The translations under genes and the position numbers were made by a program. Shown here piece after piece: positions 45,734 through 64,000 of a stretch of 64,000 nucleotides of DNA (position 1 is the stretch's first letter; each line of letters opens with the position of its first letter). The stretch covers positions 186,001 to 250,000 of the forward strand of contig OX442314.1 of NCBI GenBank assembly GCA_949358305.1. The letters run 5' to 3'. The notes beneath the pieces are model-generated. The model ran no database searches and had not been told where the DNA came from. It worked only from the letters and a program-made list of their open reading frames with translations. This DNA comes from Strigamia acuminata. Its lineage: Eukaryota.

Positions 45734-47289
45734 AGGGGGTTTCATTATATGAATGATTTTTCAATTTTGTGATTTTGCATTAATCACAAAATCATTATTT
45801 TTTGATGCCTCCAAAAATGAGTTTACATTGAATTAACCCAGTCAATTTTGCAATTGTGTGATCTGGACAATTTTGTGATTTTTGAGTATTGTCATGTGAT
45901 ATCTGTTCTACCAATCACATTCACATTCACTAAAGCACAAAAGAGTAAAAACACAAAATCCCAAAAACATCTAAAAGGTAGTTTTTGTGATTTTGATAAG
46001 AAGTGATTTTGAGGCTTGTGAAACTCAAAACAAAATGGAGGCATTCAAGCTCTATCTAAGTGGCCAACTTGTATCCTTGTATATCATCAAAATGCTGATG
46101 CATCCATGACTGTATAACAGCTAGGAAACTCAATACTTCGATTCGGGTAAAAAAAAGTACCGATTCAGGGCGATTCAGGGCGATTTTAGCGGGTGCCCGA
46201 ATGGAAATTCAGGCGGAAATGTTCGTCGCGTATCGTTTTTTATTGTTTTCTATGTCAAGATGAGCTCGGAAAATTATGGAACCAAGCTCATTTTGAAGAG
46301 GAGACAATTCTGCACAAGCCTGTATTTTTTATTTTTTGATTCGGGCGAGGAAAAGTGCCGATTCGGGCCATCTTAGCGGGGGACCGAATGGAAAAATTTG
46401 GAAATTTGGTGCAGAATTTGGATTCGAGATTCGACCATGACAAAACCAAAAATTCGTAAAATTAACCGAATGAAATGTTTAAAACAGGTTTCCAGAGAAG
46501 AAAATCCCGCTGAAAACGATGGTACAGATAACTTTTTGATCGGATTAACCGTTGACTTTAAATTTTGGAAAAAACGATCTTTTTTGGGTTGATTTATAAG
46601 AAAAAGTTGGAAAAAGTGGTTGAATAATAAAGGAGGACAAAAAAGCAGGTTGCAGTGGTTTGGGCCAAAATTGAATTGGCTGGATTGGCGTTGGGTTTAG
46701 GTTAACTTTTGGGTTTGATTGTGTTTGGGTATTGGCCAGATTGGCATTGGTTTTGGTTTGGTGTGGTTTGGGTTTGGGTTGCATTATTATGGGTTTGGTT
46801 TAGTTTTGCAAAAATTTATTTTATGATTTGGTTGTATACATTTGTCTGATCTATGGCTTTGGCTTTGTGGGTGAACAGCTAGTATTTATTAAAATGCACC
46901 TTATTAAAAAATATTTTGTTCCATCACACAAATAAGAACTAGTTTTTTTGCATCACATTTTAAAATTGGTTGGATATAACTATAACCTAATATGGTGGAT
47001 AGGAAGTCACGTGACTATTTAAATAATTGCAAAATTGCAAAATTATGAGATTGTTTTTGAAACTAATTATTAATCACAATTTGTGATGGCCACTTGGATT
47101 GAGTTTGGCTGCTGCCATTTTTGCCAAAATAGCAAAACTACCTTTGATTTTGTGATTGTGTATTTTTTCTGTTTTGTGTTTTTGCAATTATGCACATGAT
47201 TGGTGGAACTGATATCACGTGACAAATCCAAAAGTGCAAAATTGCTAAAGTTGCAAAATTACAAAATTGCTTAATTAATGAAACCCCCT
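45734..47289. mobile_element. TIR element copy B (1556 bp), near-identical direct copy of A, inserted in A's right TIR
   Basis: Starts AGGGGGTTTCA, ends TGAAACCCCCT; flanks AAT/ATT; the last 10 bp of A follow it. Confidence 0.82.
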
Positions 47290-48729
47290 ATTGAAACCCC
47301 CTAATATTGCACATGGGAGACTGGCTGTTTACAAAAATAAAATCAGCAAACCATTTCTGGTGGCACAACGGAATGAGAATAATGAGTTCACGGTTAATTG
47401 TTGCACCATGGTTTCAAATGTGAGTGCAACCGTACCCTTTGTAACAAAGCATGCGGTTGACACAGCTGATTTGAATTCTGATTTTGACGTGAATGTATCG
47501 CTATTAACTCATTTTATTATTAAGAGCGCACTAACTCACAAACCAAATAGTTTGGCTAAAGCGATTGGAGATTCAATCAGGGCAATTTGTGAGACACATA
47601 GGTGTAATGTGGAAAAAACTGCGAATAGCGACGTGCTAAGCGCGATCAATGAAAATCAGAATTGCGAGATGGTTGATTCGAATGGGGTTTCGAATGCCAT
47701 TGAGAATTTGAGTGAGATCTCAATCAATAATGGACAACGTGGGAAAACTCAACATAGACACGAGAGTTCTGAGTGTTTGGACAAGGTTCAAATTAAAAGT
47801 AGCAATCCCCTTAATTCTGATATGGGAAATCGGAAACGTTTTTCAAGGAAGACTAAAAAGTCTACGGATCCTGCAGAGTTGGGCAGGGTCACAATTACTG
47901 ACAATGAGGGGGAGAAGTCATATAGCATGACTAGGATTGCCAGCAATTGAATTAATTGAATGGGTTGAAATTGCCGAATGTATCGGGATCGAGATTACAG
48001 GAATAGAATCCACAACTTGCGAACCGATTTCTGATGGCAGCATTCTAGATACTGCATTTGAAAAGAATTTGATCAATGAGGGGGAAGACCAGGAAGGAAA
48101 TTCTGATAGGTATTTTATTCATAATTGGGATTGTGATACCTTATGATTGGAATTTAGGAAGCGGAATGATCGGTTTGTGATTGGCAACCAGACCATCACG
48201 TGGGATGATGAGTATGTTAAATGATAGAACTTTTCTCACGTGTATTTCTTTTCCGTTTAAGATTTAGAATCTGTTTTTTCAAATGATTGGACAGAGGGGG
48301 AATGTTAAGAATCAATGTGTCCAACTTTTTGAGCTATGTGTTTTGCCTCTTAGTTCATCATTAATGTTATCTAACTGTATGGCTCCAATGGAGCTCTGTA
48401 TATATTTATTGTAATGATTTGTTCTTTTGATTCTGTTATGTTATATGATTTGCTAGAATCAGGTTTATGTAAGCAAGATTTGTTCTGTACCTTTTATGGA
48501 GTGAAGTGACTCTATCTGTCAACTGCTAATAAAGTGGCAGCCATCTTTTTATGGTTTGTTTGCCAAAGTGCAAATCATGTCTCCTGCTTTATCAACACTC
48601 ACCCAACACACATTAGAACTCAACAAAGAATATAAGAGGCGGCACTCTCTGCTTTTTTTGGCAACTAGGTCACGTGATGCTATTTTCTAGTTTACAGCAC
48701 GTGAAAGCATTGAAAAATATTTCAGAAAG

Positions 48730-48854
48730 ATGACAACTCAAATGAAAGCTAATAATAAAAACAATGGACATTATTGCAGTGCCAATAACTGTAAAAAGTG
48801 TAAAAGTACACATCCTACGTTATCATTTTTTCGTTTTCCAAAGGAAGAAGCCAG
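48730..48854 (+). pseudogene. First exon of a THAP zinc-finger protein (host gene or DNA-transposon remnant)
   Basis: MTTQ...YCSANNCKKC...LSFFRFPKEEAR followed by a GT donor; no second exon recognised. Confidence 0.6.
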
Positions 48855-49381
48855 GTACAGGTATATTTAAAAAATGAAAACATGTCTGTTCTTTTTTCTT
48901 TTTTTTCCAGATTTTAGTTTTCGTATTGATTTTTTTAATTGTTATTGTTATTAAATTTTTATTTTTACCTGTATTTGTTAATGATTGTTTAATTTTATCT
49001 GTAAATGTGGAGTTTGTTTAATTTTTTGACAGCCGTTTTACTTCAACGGCAAAAATGTGATTTTTTTTTTTAATTGTTGGATACTCTATGGTTTCGACGG
49101 TTTGAAGGAAAAGTGGGGAAATTGAAATAAAAAGAGGAGAGAAAATCTGTTATTAAGTTGAAATGCGATTTGGAAAAAGGAGAGAGAGATGAGAGAGGAA
49201 AGGACACGAGCTTACGTACTTTTGTGCGGAGGAAAAAGCAAGAAAATTAATTTAAGTGTGGTGGTCAATGAGTCCAAATTTTAATTTGGAATTTTTGTTT
49301 CGAGTTTGTGGCCACAAGTTGAAAGTGAGTGGACAAAAAGTACTAAATACACACAAAATAATGCATTTTTAATTAAAATAA

Positions 49382-49809
49382 TGGTACAGCGACTATTCAT
49401 CGCATCCTTTCTCATCGCGCGACCATTCATCGCGGCCAAGTCATCGCGCGGCCAAGTAATCGCGCGACCAAGTAATCGCGCGACCAAGTAATCGCGCGGC
49501 CAAGTCATCGCGCGGCCAAGTCATCACATTAAAAAAACCAGTTAAGGTGCGGTTTGCGGGGGGTCAAGGGGGGCGCTAGCCCCCCCTTGTTAGAAAAAAA
49601 AGAAAAAAAACCAAGAACACGCGAAAAAAAGAAATGCCGGCCAAGTCATCGCATGAAAAGTAATCGCGCGGCCGATCAGGGCAACAATTGGCCGCGCGAT
49701 TACTTGGTCACGCGATTACTTGGTCATGCGATGACTTGGCCGCGCGATGACTTGGCCGCGATGAATGGTCGCGCGATGAGATGTCGCGCGATGAATAGTC
49801 GTGGATTCC
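49382..49809. mobile_element. MITE with TIRs built from ~16-bp tandem units (ATCGCGCGGCCAAGT)
   Basis: CGACTATTCATCGC at the left end, GCGATGAATAGTCG at the right end; inverted repeat arrays. Confidence 0.8.
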
Positions 49810-49984
49810 ATTTTCTAAAAAATGCTTTATTGGATAAAAAAAAATCATTTTGTACATGAGAAATTTGTATGCACACTAATTATAAAATCCAAAAAACACG
49901 CACATACAACATGCCATTTGTGTGTGCAACATTGTTTTAAAAAATTGTTTTAATTCTACTAATTAAATGTCTCTATCCGCACAG

Positions 49985-51900
49985 AATCTGACAAGATTAG
50001 CACTACCACGGGGATGTACAGTGTCAACTAATGCTTGCAAAAGAATGTGACAGACTTTGCCAAAACTAAGGAGGCTCGATATTTTTAACATCATCGTTGA
50101 ACACGAGGCGGCGACATACATCGCTCGGCTGCTACTCGTTGAGCTTGATGCCTATGGAACCAAAGAAGATTTTGTGCGAAACTTATGCAGAGAAGACGGC
50201 ACAATCAGGCAAACGTTGCAAAAGTTCCGTTTAATAAGCTATAGTTTTTCAATTCCATGCCTCTGTTTGATATTGAACACGATGAAATTCATCGAATTCT
50301 TGGACACTGGCGGTTCCAGGTGCTCAAAGGGCTATGGCCGATCGACGCGCCACCGCAGCAATACAATCTGACAATGTTGGTGTTGGAGGGCAGGAGCATT
50401 GTGGAAGAGATGCAAATTGCCGTGCTCACATGTCCGAAAGTTTACAAAATTCTCATCACTCCATTTACTTTCACAATAAAAATGCTGCTCACACTGACGA
50501 AATTCCAGCAGTTGAGCACGTTGTACTTGGACCTGCGTGACGACTCGGAGTCGGACGTGAAAATGGAGGAAAGATACGATCAGTTTGATCGAGTGAGTTT
50601 GCGCCATTCGCGGTTTGATAATTTGGTGCAACTTTTGCTGTACAATGACAAGGATCGTTGGACTAGCTCTGGGTATTTGTTCGAGTTGTTGGGCATGTGT
50701 CCCTAACTGGCAAAACTCTCTTTTTTGGCTTGTCCCAGCTTCAGTAACAAAACTGCGCGCGAGTTAGCCGCCATGCCCATGATGGCGAAGAAACTCGAAG
50801 TTTTGGAATTTCGAGAATGCGATTTGTTGGGACCGTCTGGGATTAAAGATCTGTTAAAAATCGATTCTCTGGTGGAGTTGAGAGTGAATTTGCGAGTAGA
50901 TGAGATACGAAGACAACATTTTGACGTTGGTGCCTTGCAGCTAATGGCTTTAAAACACGGAGTGAACTTCGAGCTACAATTACAACACTTGTTCGATGAG
51001 ACGATGGAAATGGAATTCGATTTTCTAGACCCGCGCGATGACATGCTTGAAGATGATTCCGGCAATGAAAGCGACTAACGAGTTGTCAGTGGCTGCATGA
51101 CTGCATTAATTGGATTTGTTTGTATTCAAAAATAAATAAATAAATAAATAAGTGTCATATGTAGATCCGGAACAAAACTTTTTTATGAATTTTGTCCGAA
51201 ATTAAGCAGAAATCAATATTCAATATCAAAATAGCGGAGGAAAATGATGCTTTTGATCGAGTTTGTTTGCGAGATTTGCGGTTTGATAACTTGGTCGAAT
51301 TTACCCTGTACGATCAAAACGATTGTTGGGTAAGCTCTGGCTATTTGTTCGAGGTGTTAAACATGTGTCATTGCTCCGGCTTCAGTAACAAAATTGCGCA
51401 CGAGTTGGCCGACTTGATGGCCCGGCGGGATTACGTGTATTTCCCGGTGACTCGTGTCGCTGTGAATTTCTTACTCCGTTAGTTGCGCTTTCGACCCGGA
51501 ATTGCCAGTCCAGCCCTGACAAGCAAATTTAAATGTTTGGATATTGTTGAATGCAACTTGTTGGGGCTGTCGGGGATTGAGGATCTGGTAAAAATCGATT
51601 CTCTGAAGGTGTTAGATGTGAGTTTGCGAATTAATGAGGTGAGAAGACGACGTTTTGACGTTGGTGCCATGAAGCGAATGGCTGAAAAACACGGTGTGGA
51701 TAAGAAACTACAATCTTTTCCCTGGCACGATCGAGGACGAGAACTGACCGTGTCTACATTAAATCGATTTTTTTTTGTATTTGAACAAGTTTCACATGTC
51801 GATCTGGAACGCACCTTTTTGTGTGAATTTTGCTTGAAATCAACAGTTTTGATGCAGAAATAAATTTTTACCATATTAATTTTCAATAGATGGAACTTTG
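49985..51900 (+). pseudogene. Two degenerate tandem paralogs of an unknown host protein (LRR-like spacing)
   Basis: FDRV.LR..RFDNLV...LY...D.W.SSGYLFE.L.MC and C.LLG.SGI.DL.KIDSL...RR..FDVGA occur twice (50580-50960, 51250-51700) with stops and insertions. Confidence 0.5.
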
Positions 51901-52214
51901 AAGAAGAGTTTGTATTTATTCGACAGATGGAGCCACTGTGGCAAATCTGGTGGCAGTTTCAACAAGGTTTCAATGGGAAAACCATAGAGTAAAGAATGTA
52001 TACTTTACTCTATGGTTAAGAATGTATTCTTTACTCTATGGTTTTACACATGGGAGACATCGGCGCCACCAATCCCCGCTCTCTTTCAATTCCGCCAATC
52101 CTGTCCCTCCATGTACTTTCACCATCAGACGGCGCGAAATTCAATTTTGCCATTTGTCTTGCATGTTTTTTATTGCTGTACTGATTGAATACGACTATTC
52201 AAGGAAGGATCCAT

Positions 52215-52665
52215 TTTTGGATTACATTTTCGATTTTTGGATTACATTTTTGATTTTTTGATTAAATTTTTCATTTTTTGATTAAATTTTCCATTTTTTG
52301 ATTAAATTTTCCATTTTTTGATTAAATTTTCCATTTATTGATTAAATTTTCCATTTTTTGATTAAATTTTCCATTTTTTGATTAAATTTTCCATTTTTTG
52401 ATTAAATTTTCCATTTTTTGATTAAATTTTCCATTTTTTGATTAAATTTTCCATTTTTTGATTAAATTTTCCATTTTTTGATTAAATTTTCCATTTTTTG
52501 ATTAAATTTTCCATTTTTTGATTAAATTTTCCATTTTTTGATTAAATTTTCCATTTTTTGATTAAATTTTCCATTTTTTGATTAAATTTTCCATTTTTTG
52601 ATTAAATTTTCCATTTTTTGATTAAATTTTCCATTTTTTGATTAAATTTTCCATTTTTTGATTAC
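52215..52665 (+). repeat. 20-bp minisatellite (ATTAAATTTTCCATTTTTTG)n, ~20 near-perfect copies
   Basis: Direct 20-bp periodicity. Confidence 0.95.
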
Positions 52666-53272
52666 ATAAAACGAGCATTAGAAACCGCGCCATGTGTTTT
52701 CTGTTTTGCAATATAATTGCTACAACTGCGCCAACTAGCGACAAATTATGACATCAGTGCCTGTTATGATTCAGTTAATAATAATCATTAATCCTAATAA
52801 ACATGTAAATGATCGCATATTTTTATTGTGAAAACTGAAATAATATATTATACAATGTATTGACAACTAACAATATATGCAAAAATGTAAAAAGACAATA
52901 TTGATAGAACACCAGCAATTCAAAAAGAACATTAAGAAGAGAGTAGAAGAGACATGAAGAACATTTGGAGAAAAGCGAAATTATTATCGTACGAGTTGTA
53001 ACTTTGACTAACTGACGCCTGGAGATTAAAAGCAACAGTTACTGTATCTATTGAAATCAATTCGTATGTTATTACAGGAGAAGGAGATCTCACAGTGTCA
53101 ACTCCTCAAACATGGCAGAGGATTCCGACGTCCGTATATTAACCCAAAAAGGGCTGGAATTCACCTGGGATCTTTACCGGGTAAAGTGACAACCCACGAA
53201 GAGTGTGTAAAACCCATAAATAAATCTACTAGTTCTCTTTTGTTTTACTTTTTCGGCAAAGTGTAGCTGGAA

Positions 53273-54037
53273 ATGTTGACAATTTATTTTTCAGTCCACT
53301 CAGCGATGACTCTAGCTGGCGCCAAAGAAAACACTGCAAAACAGATGAAAGATGTGCTCAAGTTGGGATCATCATTCGCCACCGATTCAGCCATTCACGA
53401 AGCATTCCACCAAATTCTTGATTCTCTTCTGGACACGCAGGATTCTGCCATCAAATTACACATTGCTAATCGCATGTACGTCCCCAGCAGTGCAAACATT
53501 TTGGCACACTTCAGAGGCGTGTTGGAAGAACATTACAATACTTCATCGACTGTCGTTGATTTCGCTTCGGACGCTGAAAAAATTCGATTCGAGATTAATA
53601 AGTGGGTGGAAGAAGAAACCCAAACGAAAATCAAAGATTTGATTTAACCACTGATTCCACCAATACTGGATGATCTTACACGTTTGGTTTTGGTGAACGC
53701 GATTTACTTTAAAGGCAATTGGCAGGAGCAATTTGAACCTGATCAGACGAAAGCTCATAATTTTTACCTAGATGTTAACGAGGCAGTAATGACGGATTTC
53801 ATACACATAACGTCTTACTTTAGATACAGGGAGGACGATACTCGAGACTGTAGAATAATCGAATTACCATATTTGGGAGAAACCTTTAGCATGTTAGTTA
53901 TCCTTCCATATGGCATTAATGGGTTAAAGGCATTGGAAGAAACGCTTACCGGTTTAGAATTGGAAAGTTTAATACATTATAGGGCCTATACCAAAGTAAA
54001 TTTGACATTACAGTATTTCATTTGTCAAGAGCTTTAA
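53273..54037 (+). pseudogene. Serpin pseudogene fragment
   Basis: MTLAGAKENTAKQM, IANRMYV, VDF, INKWVEEETQTKIKDLI*, LVNAIYFKGNW, IIELPY, FSMLVILP; in-frame TAA at 53645; lacks hinge/RCL. Confidence 0.85.
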
Positions 54038-54879
54038 GTTTTGCCTCATTTACATTTATTTTACACCATTTTGTGACATGATTGATCTAAAAAAAATGTG
54101 CAGCTATTGTAGAAGAGCCTTGTGCTCTGTTTTTGCATTTTAAGTGCTTGTTGGGCTGCAATTTAAATGATTTTAATTTTTTGTTATCGTTGTCACACGT
54201 CTGATGAATGTGATGTGAATCTGTGCAATTTCTTCTTTGCTTTCTTCTCTCTTTTAAGTTTTGCAGCAGTTTTGTTAGTAAAGATGTAGTAAATGAAGCA
54301 GTCCATCCACATATCGTTTTACATTTGACTTTATTTGATTTTATTCGAGAACAAAGTCGTTGTCGGAGTAGAAGATGTCCGAGTTAGCGTCGCTGTAGTC
54401 GGATTCGGAATCGTCGACGCGACACGAGGCGTACGAAACATTCTCGTCCGAGCGACACAAACTTTGCTCGTCACTACAAGTACATTCGCTACATTCGCTA
54501 CATTCGCATTCTGTTGAATCGATGCACGAGTTCCACGCGTCGGATGAAACTTCGCTCTAAAAGTCTTCTACTTCTTCTTCTTCTTGTTCTGCAGAAATCA
54601 AATTCAATTGATAAGATATGAAGTGCTAACCTTGTAAATAATTATAAAGTCAAATTCCAAATCGAGTTCACGGTCATTTATTATGAATTTAAAATAAAAG
54701 TGATAACCAAAATAGAATCTGTTTCTGTACACGACGACCAATCAATCAATCAATCCATCGATTTCAAACAACAAACAATGAAGAATGTTTGTGTTCACAA
54801 CGTCCTTGGATGCCAAAGACAAAAATGAATTACGACGACGACGACGAATTTCCGTCGACGGCATTGGTGGCGACCCATT

Positions 54880-62181
<7,302 letters not shown>

Positions 62182-62347
62182 CAACAAGAGAGAAAACAAA
62201 TTACGTCCGCCATTTTATTCCCAATTTTTCCAATCACCTGTTGATTTTAGTGTTTGAAAATCGCACATCAGTCGAGATAATATAACTAACGATCTCCTTA
62301 TACAGCAATAATAACATTTGGTGTTAATCTCAAAGTCATTTATTTCT

Positions 62348-64000
62348 TCATTTATTTATTACATTTTGCCGAGAATATTCCCACACAAGCAGCGCTCCGC
62401 ACACGTGCACGTTGAGGGAGCGAACGACTCCTCGCTGCGGTATTTGCACGCACGCGTCCAACATTTGAATCAACGAGACCGGAATTCCTTCTTTCTCGTT
62501 GCCCAACAGCAGAAGGCACTTTTCAGGAAATTTGTATTCATCCACTCGAACGCTGTCGGCGGTCTGTTCGGCGCCGATCAGGACGTACCCTTGGTTCCTC
62601 TTGCTCGTCAAATATTCCTTGAGTTGGAAAGGCTTCACCTCGCACATGGCCACCCATTTCTCGGCAGAAACGCTCAAATTCTGGAACTGTTTGTCCTGGA
62701 TGCATTTCATGTTGGCCACCACGTACTCCTTCGCCCCGAAGATTTCGCAGCTCCTGCACAGACCTGCACGACACAAATTCATTTCATTAGTTTGATTAAT
62801 TCCATAAATTCCATTAATTCCATTTCACCTCCCAAGTTGGGAATTCTGTCGATGAGTGACGCGACCACGATCAATTCGCCGTTTGACGCGCGTTTGCACG
62901 GTGTCATTTTCTTCTGCACGTTCCCGTTTTCCACATTTTCTTCAACTTCAACCTCGACTTGCACGTTTTCTTCTGCAATTCAAATTATTCATTTCCCACG
63001 TTTATTAAAAATGCCAGTACTGACCCGTTTGAAACGCACTCAATTCTTCGTCGCCACTAAACGTGCGAATAAACGAGTTTTCTTCGCTACGAAATTTCGT
63101 AAAAACGTGCGCCGGGATCCACTCGTAATCGGAGACGTCCGTCAACCTCAGAATGTCGTGAAAAATTGTCTAGAAAATAATGAATGAAAATTATTTACTT
63201 ATTTAATTTCTTGATGCCATTGATTGATTTCTAAATCTCACCTGCAAGGAGTAATGTTTGCGAGCATCGAACGCCTTGAAATAGTAATTATCGAAAATTT
63301 TCTGCGTGCAACGCGCCGAATTGCCACCTCGATACGAAAACGTCAAACTGGATTCGACCGGACCGTACATGTCGAGGGCATTTTTCAAATCGTTCGATTC
63401 GCAAATCAGCCACAATTTGTGAAAAACCACCTGCAAGATTTATAAGATTTATAAGATTTATAGACAAATATGTAAAAACTCGTCAACTTGACTTGTGCAG
63501 TGACTCTGGTGTTGAAGTTTTGCGCCATGCACCAGGGAAGGACGCAGCGGAAAGCGGCGAGCACGAATTCTTCTTGTTGCTGTAGCGGTTCCAGCAGTTT
63601 GCCCACGTGGTAGATTATTCCCAGAAACGAACCGATGCTTCCGACTCGGATTCCTGCCGCCTGCAATCAATCCAATTCAATCAAATTATCACAAGTTTCA
63701 ACTTTTTCTTCTGCTACTTTTTCAATTTCGTCCCACAACTCGTCTCTCAAGGTCGCGAATCGAAGCAAAATCCTGACGGCCAGCCATTCCTGCATCACTC
63801 GGATGGACAATTGGGAGCCTTCCTCTACGAGCTGGCCGTAAACATTCTTCAGAACGCCAGTTAACGCTTCCTCGATAATAAAAACAATTCAAAACATTAG
63901 TTAATTTAGACATTATTGATATCCTTCGATTTACTTGAGCGCAAAGTGGTTCCAGGACGAGGATCGTCTGCCAAACTCGATTTTTCTTTAAATGGATCAA
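62348..64000 (-). CDS. TARBP1: 3' exons of TARBP1/Trm3 tRNA Gm18 2'-O-methyltransferase (SpoU family); gene continues beyond the window
   Basis: [66 protein letters not shown]; short GT-AG introns. Confidence 0.88.

Larger units (their letters stand above)
39454..47302. mobile_element. Non-autonomous TIR DNA transposon copy A (~1.56 kb core), AAT TSD, PIF/Harbinger-related (PHIS) type
   Basis: AGGGGGTTTCA...TGAAACCCCCT; AAT at 39451-39453 and 47303-47305; contains Copia 3 and copy B. Confidence 0.78.
37956..48625 (+). mobile_element. Non-autonomous Copia remnant related to Copia 2 (no 5' LTR, no IN/RT), interrupted by TIR elements
   Basis: 38020-38410 resembles the Copia 2 leader (31670-32110); CFNCGGVGHLARDC and degenerate protease WHCDSQVSNH; ORF resumes at 47303 (GLTTN|IAHGRLAVY); PPT 48291-48302, LTR-like TG...CA 48303-48625. 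Confidence 0.7.

Noticed and set aside
51421..51519. Small insertion ending CCAGCCCTG in the second paralog
   Set aside because: Possibly a hAT end, but no matching left TIR or TSD found.

Overview
Eukaryotic (animal, most likely arthropod) genomic DNA dominated by nested mobile elements. About 1.8-38 kb is a Polinton/Maverick (adintovirus-like endogenous DNA virus). It carries a protein-primed PolB, a coiled-coil repeat protein, two adenain-like proteases, a GGF-motif core protein, major and minor capsid proteins, a packaging ATPase, a Zn-ribbon/PLA2 protein and a chromodomain integrase. It is decaying (frameshifts, nonsense codons), and its right end is deleted. Two different recent Copia retrotransposons, each encoding a methyl-CpG-binding domain (MBD) between integrase and RT, split its major capsid and integrase genes with clean 5-bp TSDs. 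A LINE sits inside the first Copia's 5' LTR, and a 5.8-kb TSD-less foldback element sits inside that LINE. Nearly every Polinton gene is preceded by a T-A(6-15) motif resembling poxvirus post-replicative initiators. 38-48.6 kb is a related non-autonomous Copia remnant carrying two copies of a 1.56-kb TIR element, one of which holds an intact MBD-less Copia. The last 15 kb holds a THAP exon, a MITE, degenerate host paralogs, a 20-bp minisatellite, a serpin pseudogene, scrambled duplicated cytoplasmic dynein heavy chain fragments and the 3' exons of TARBP1. All calls come from reading motifs by eye; no database searches were run.
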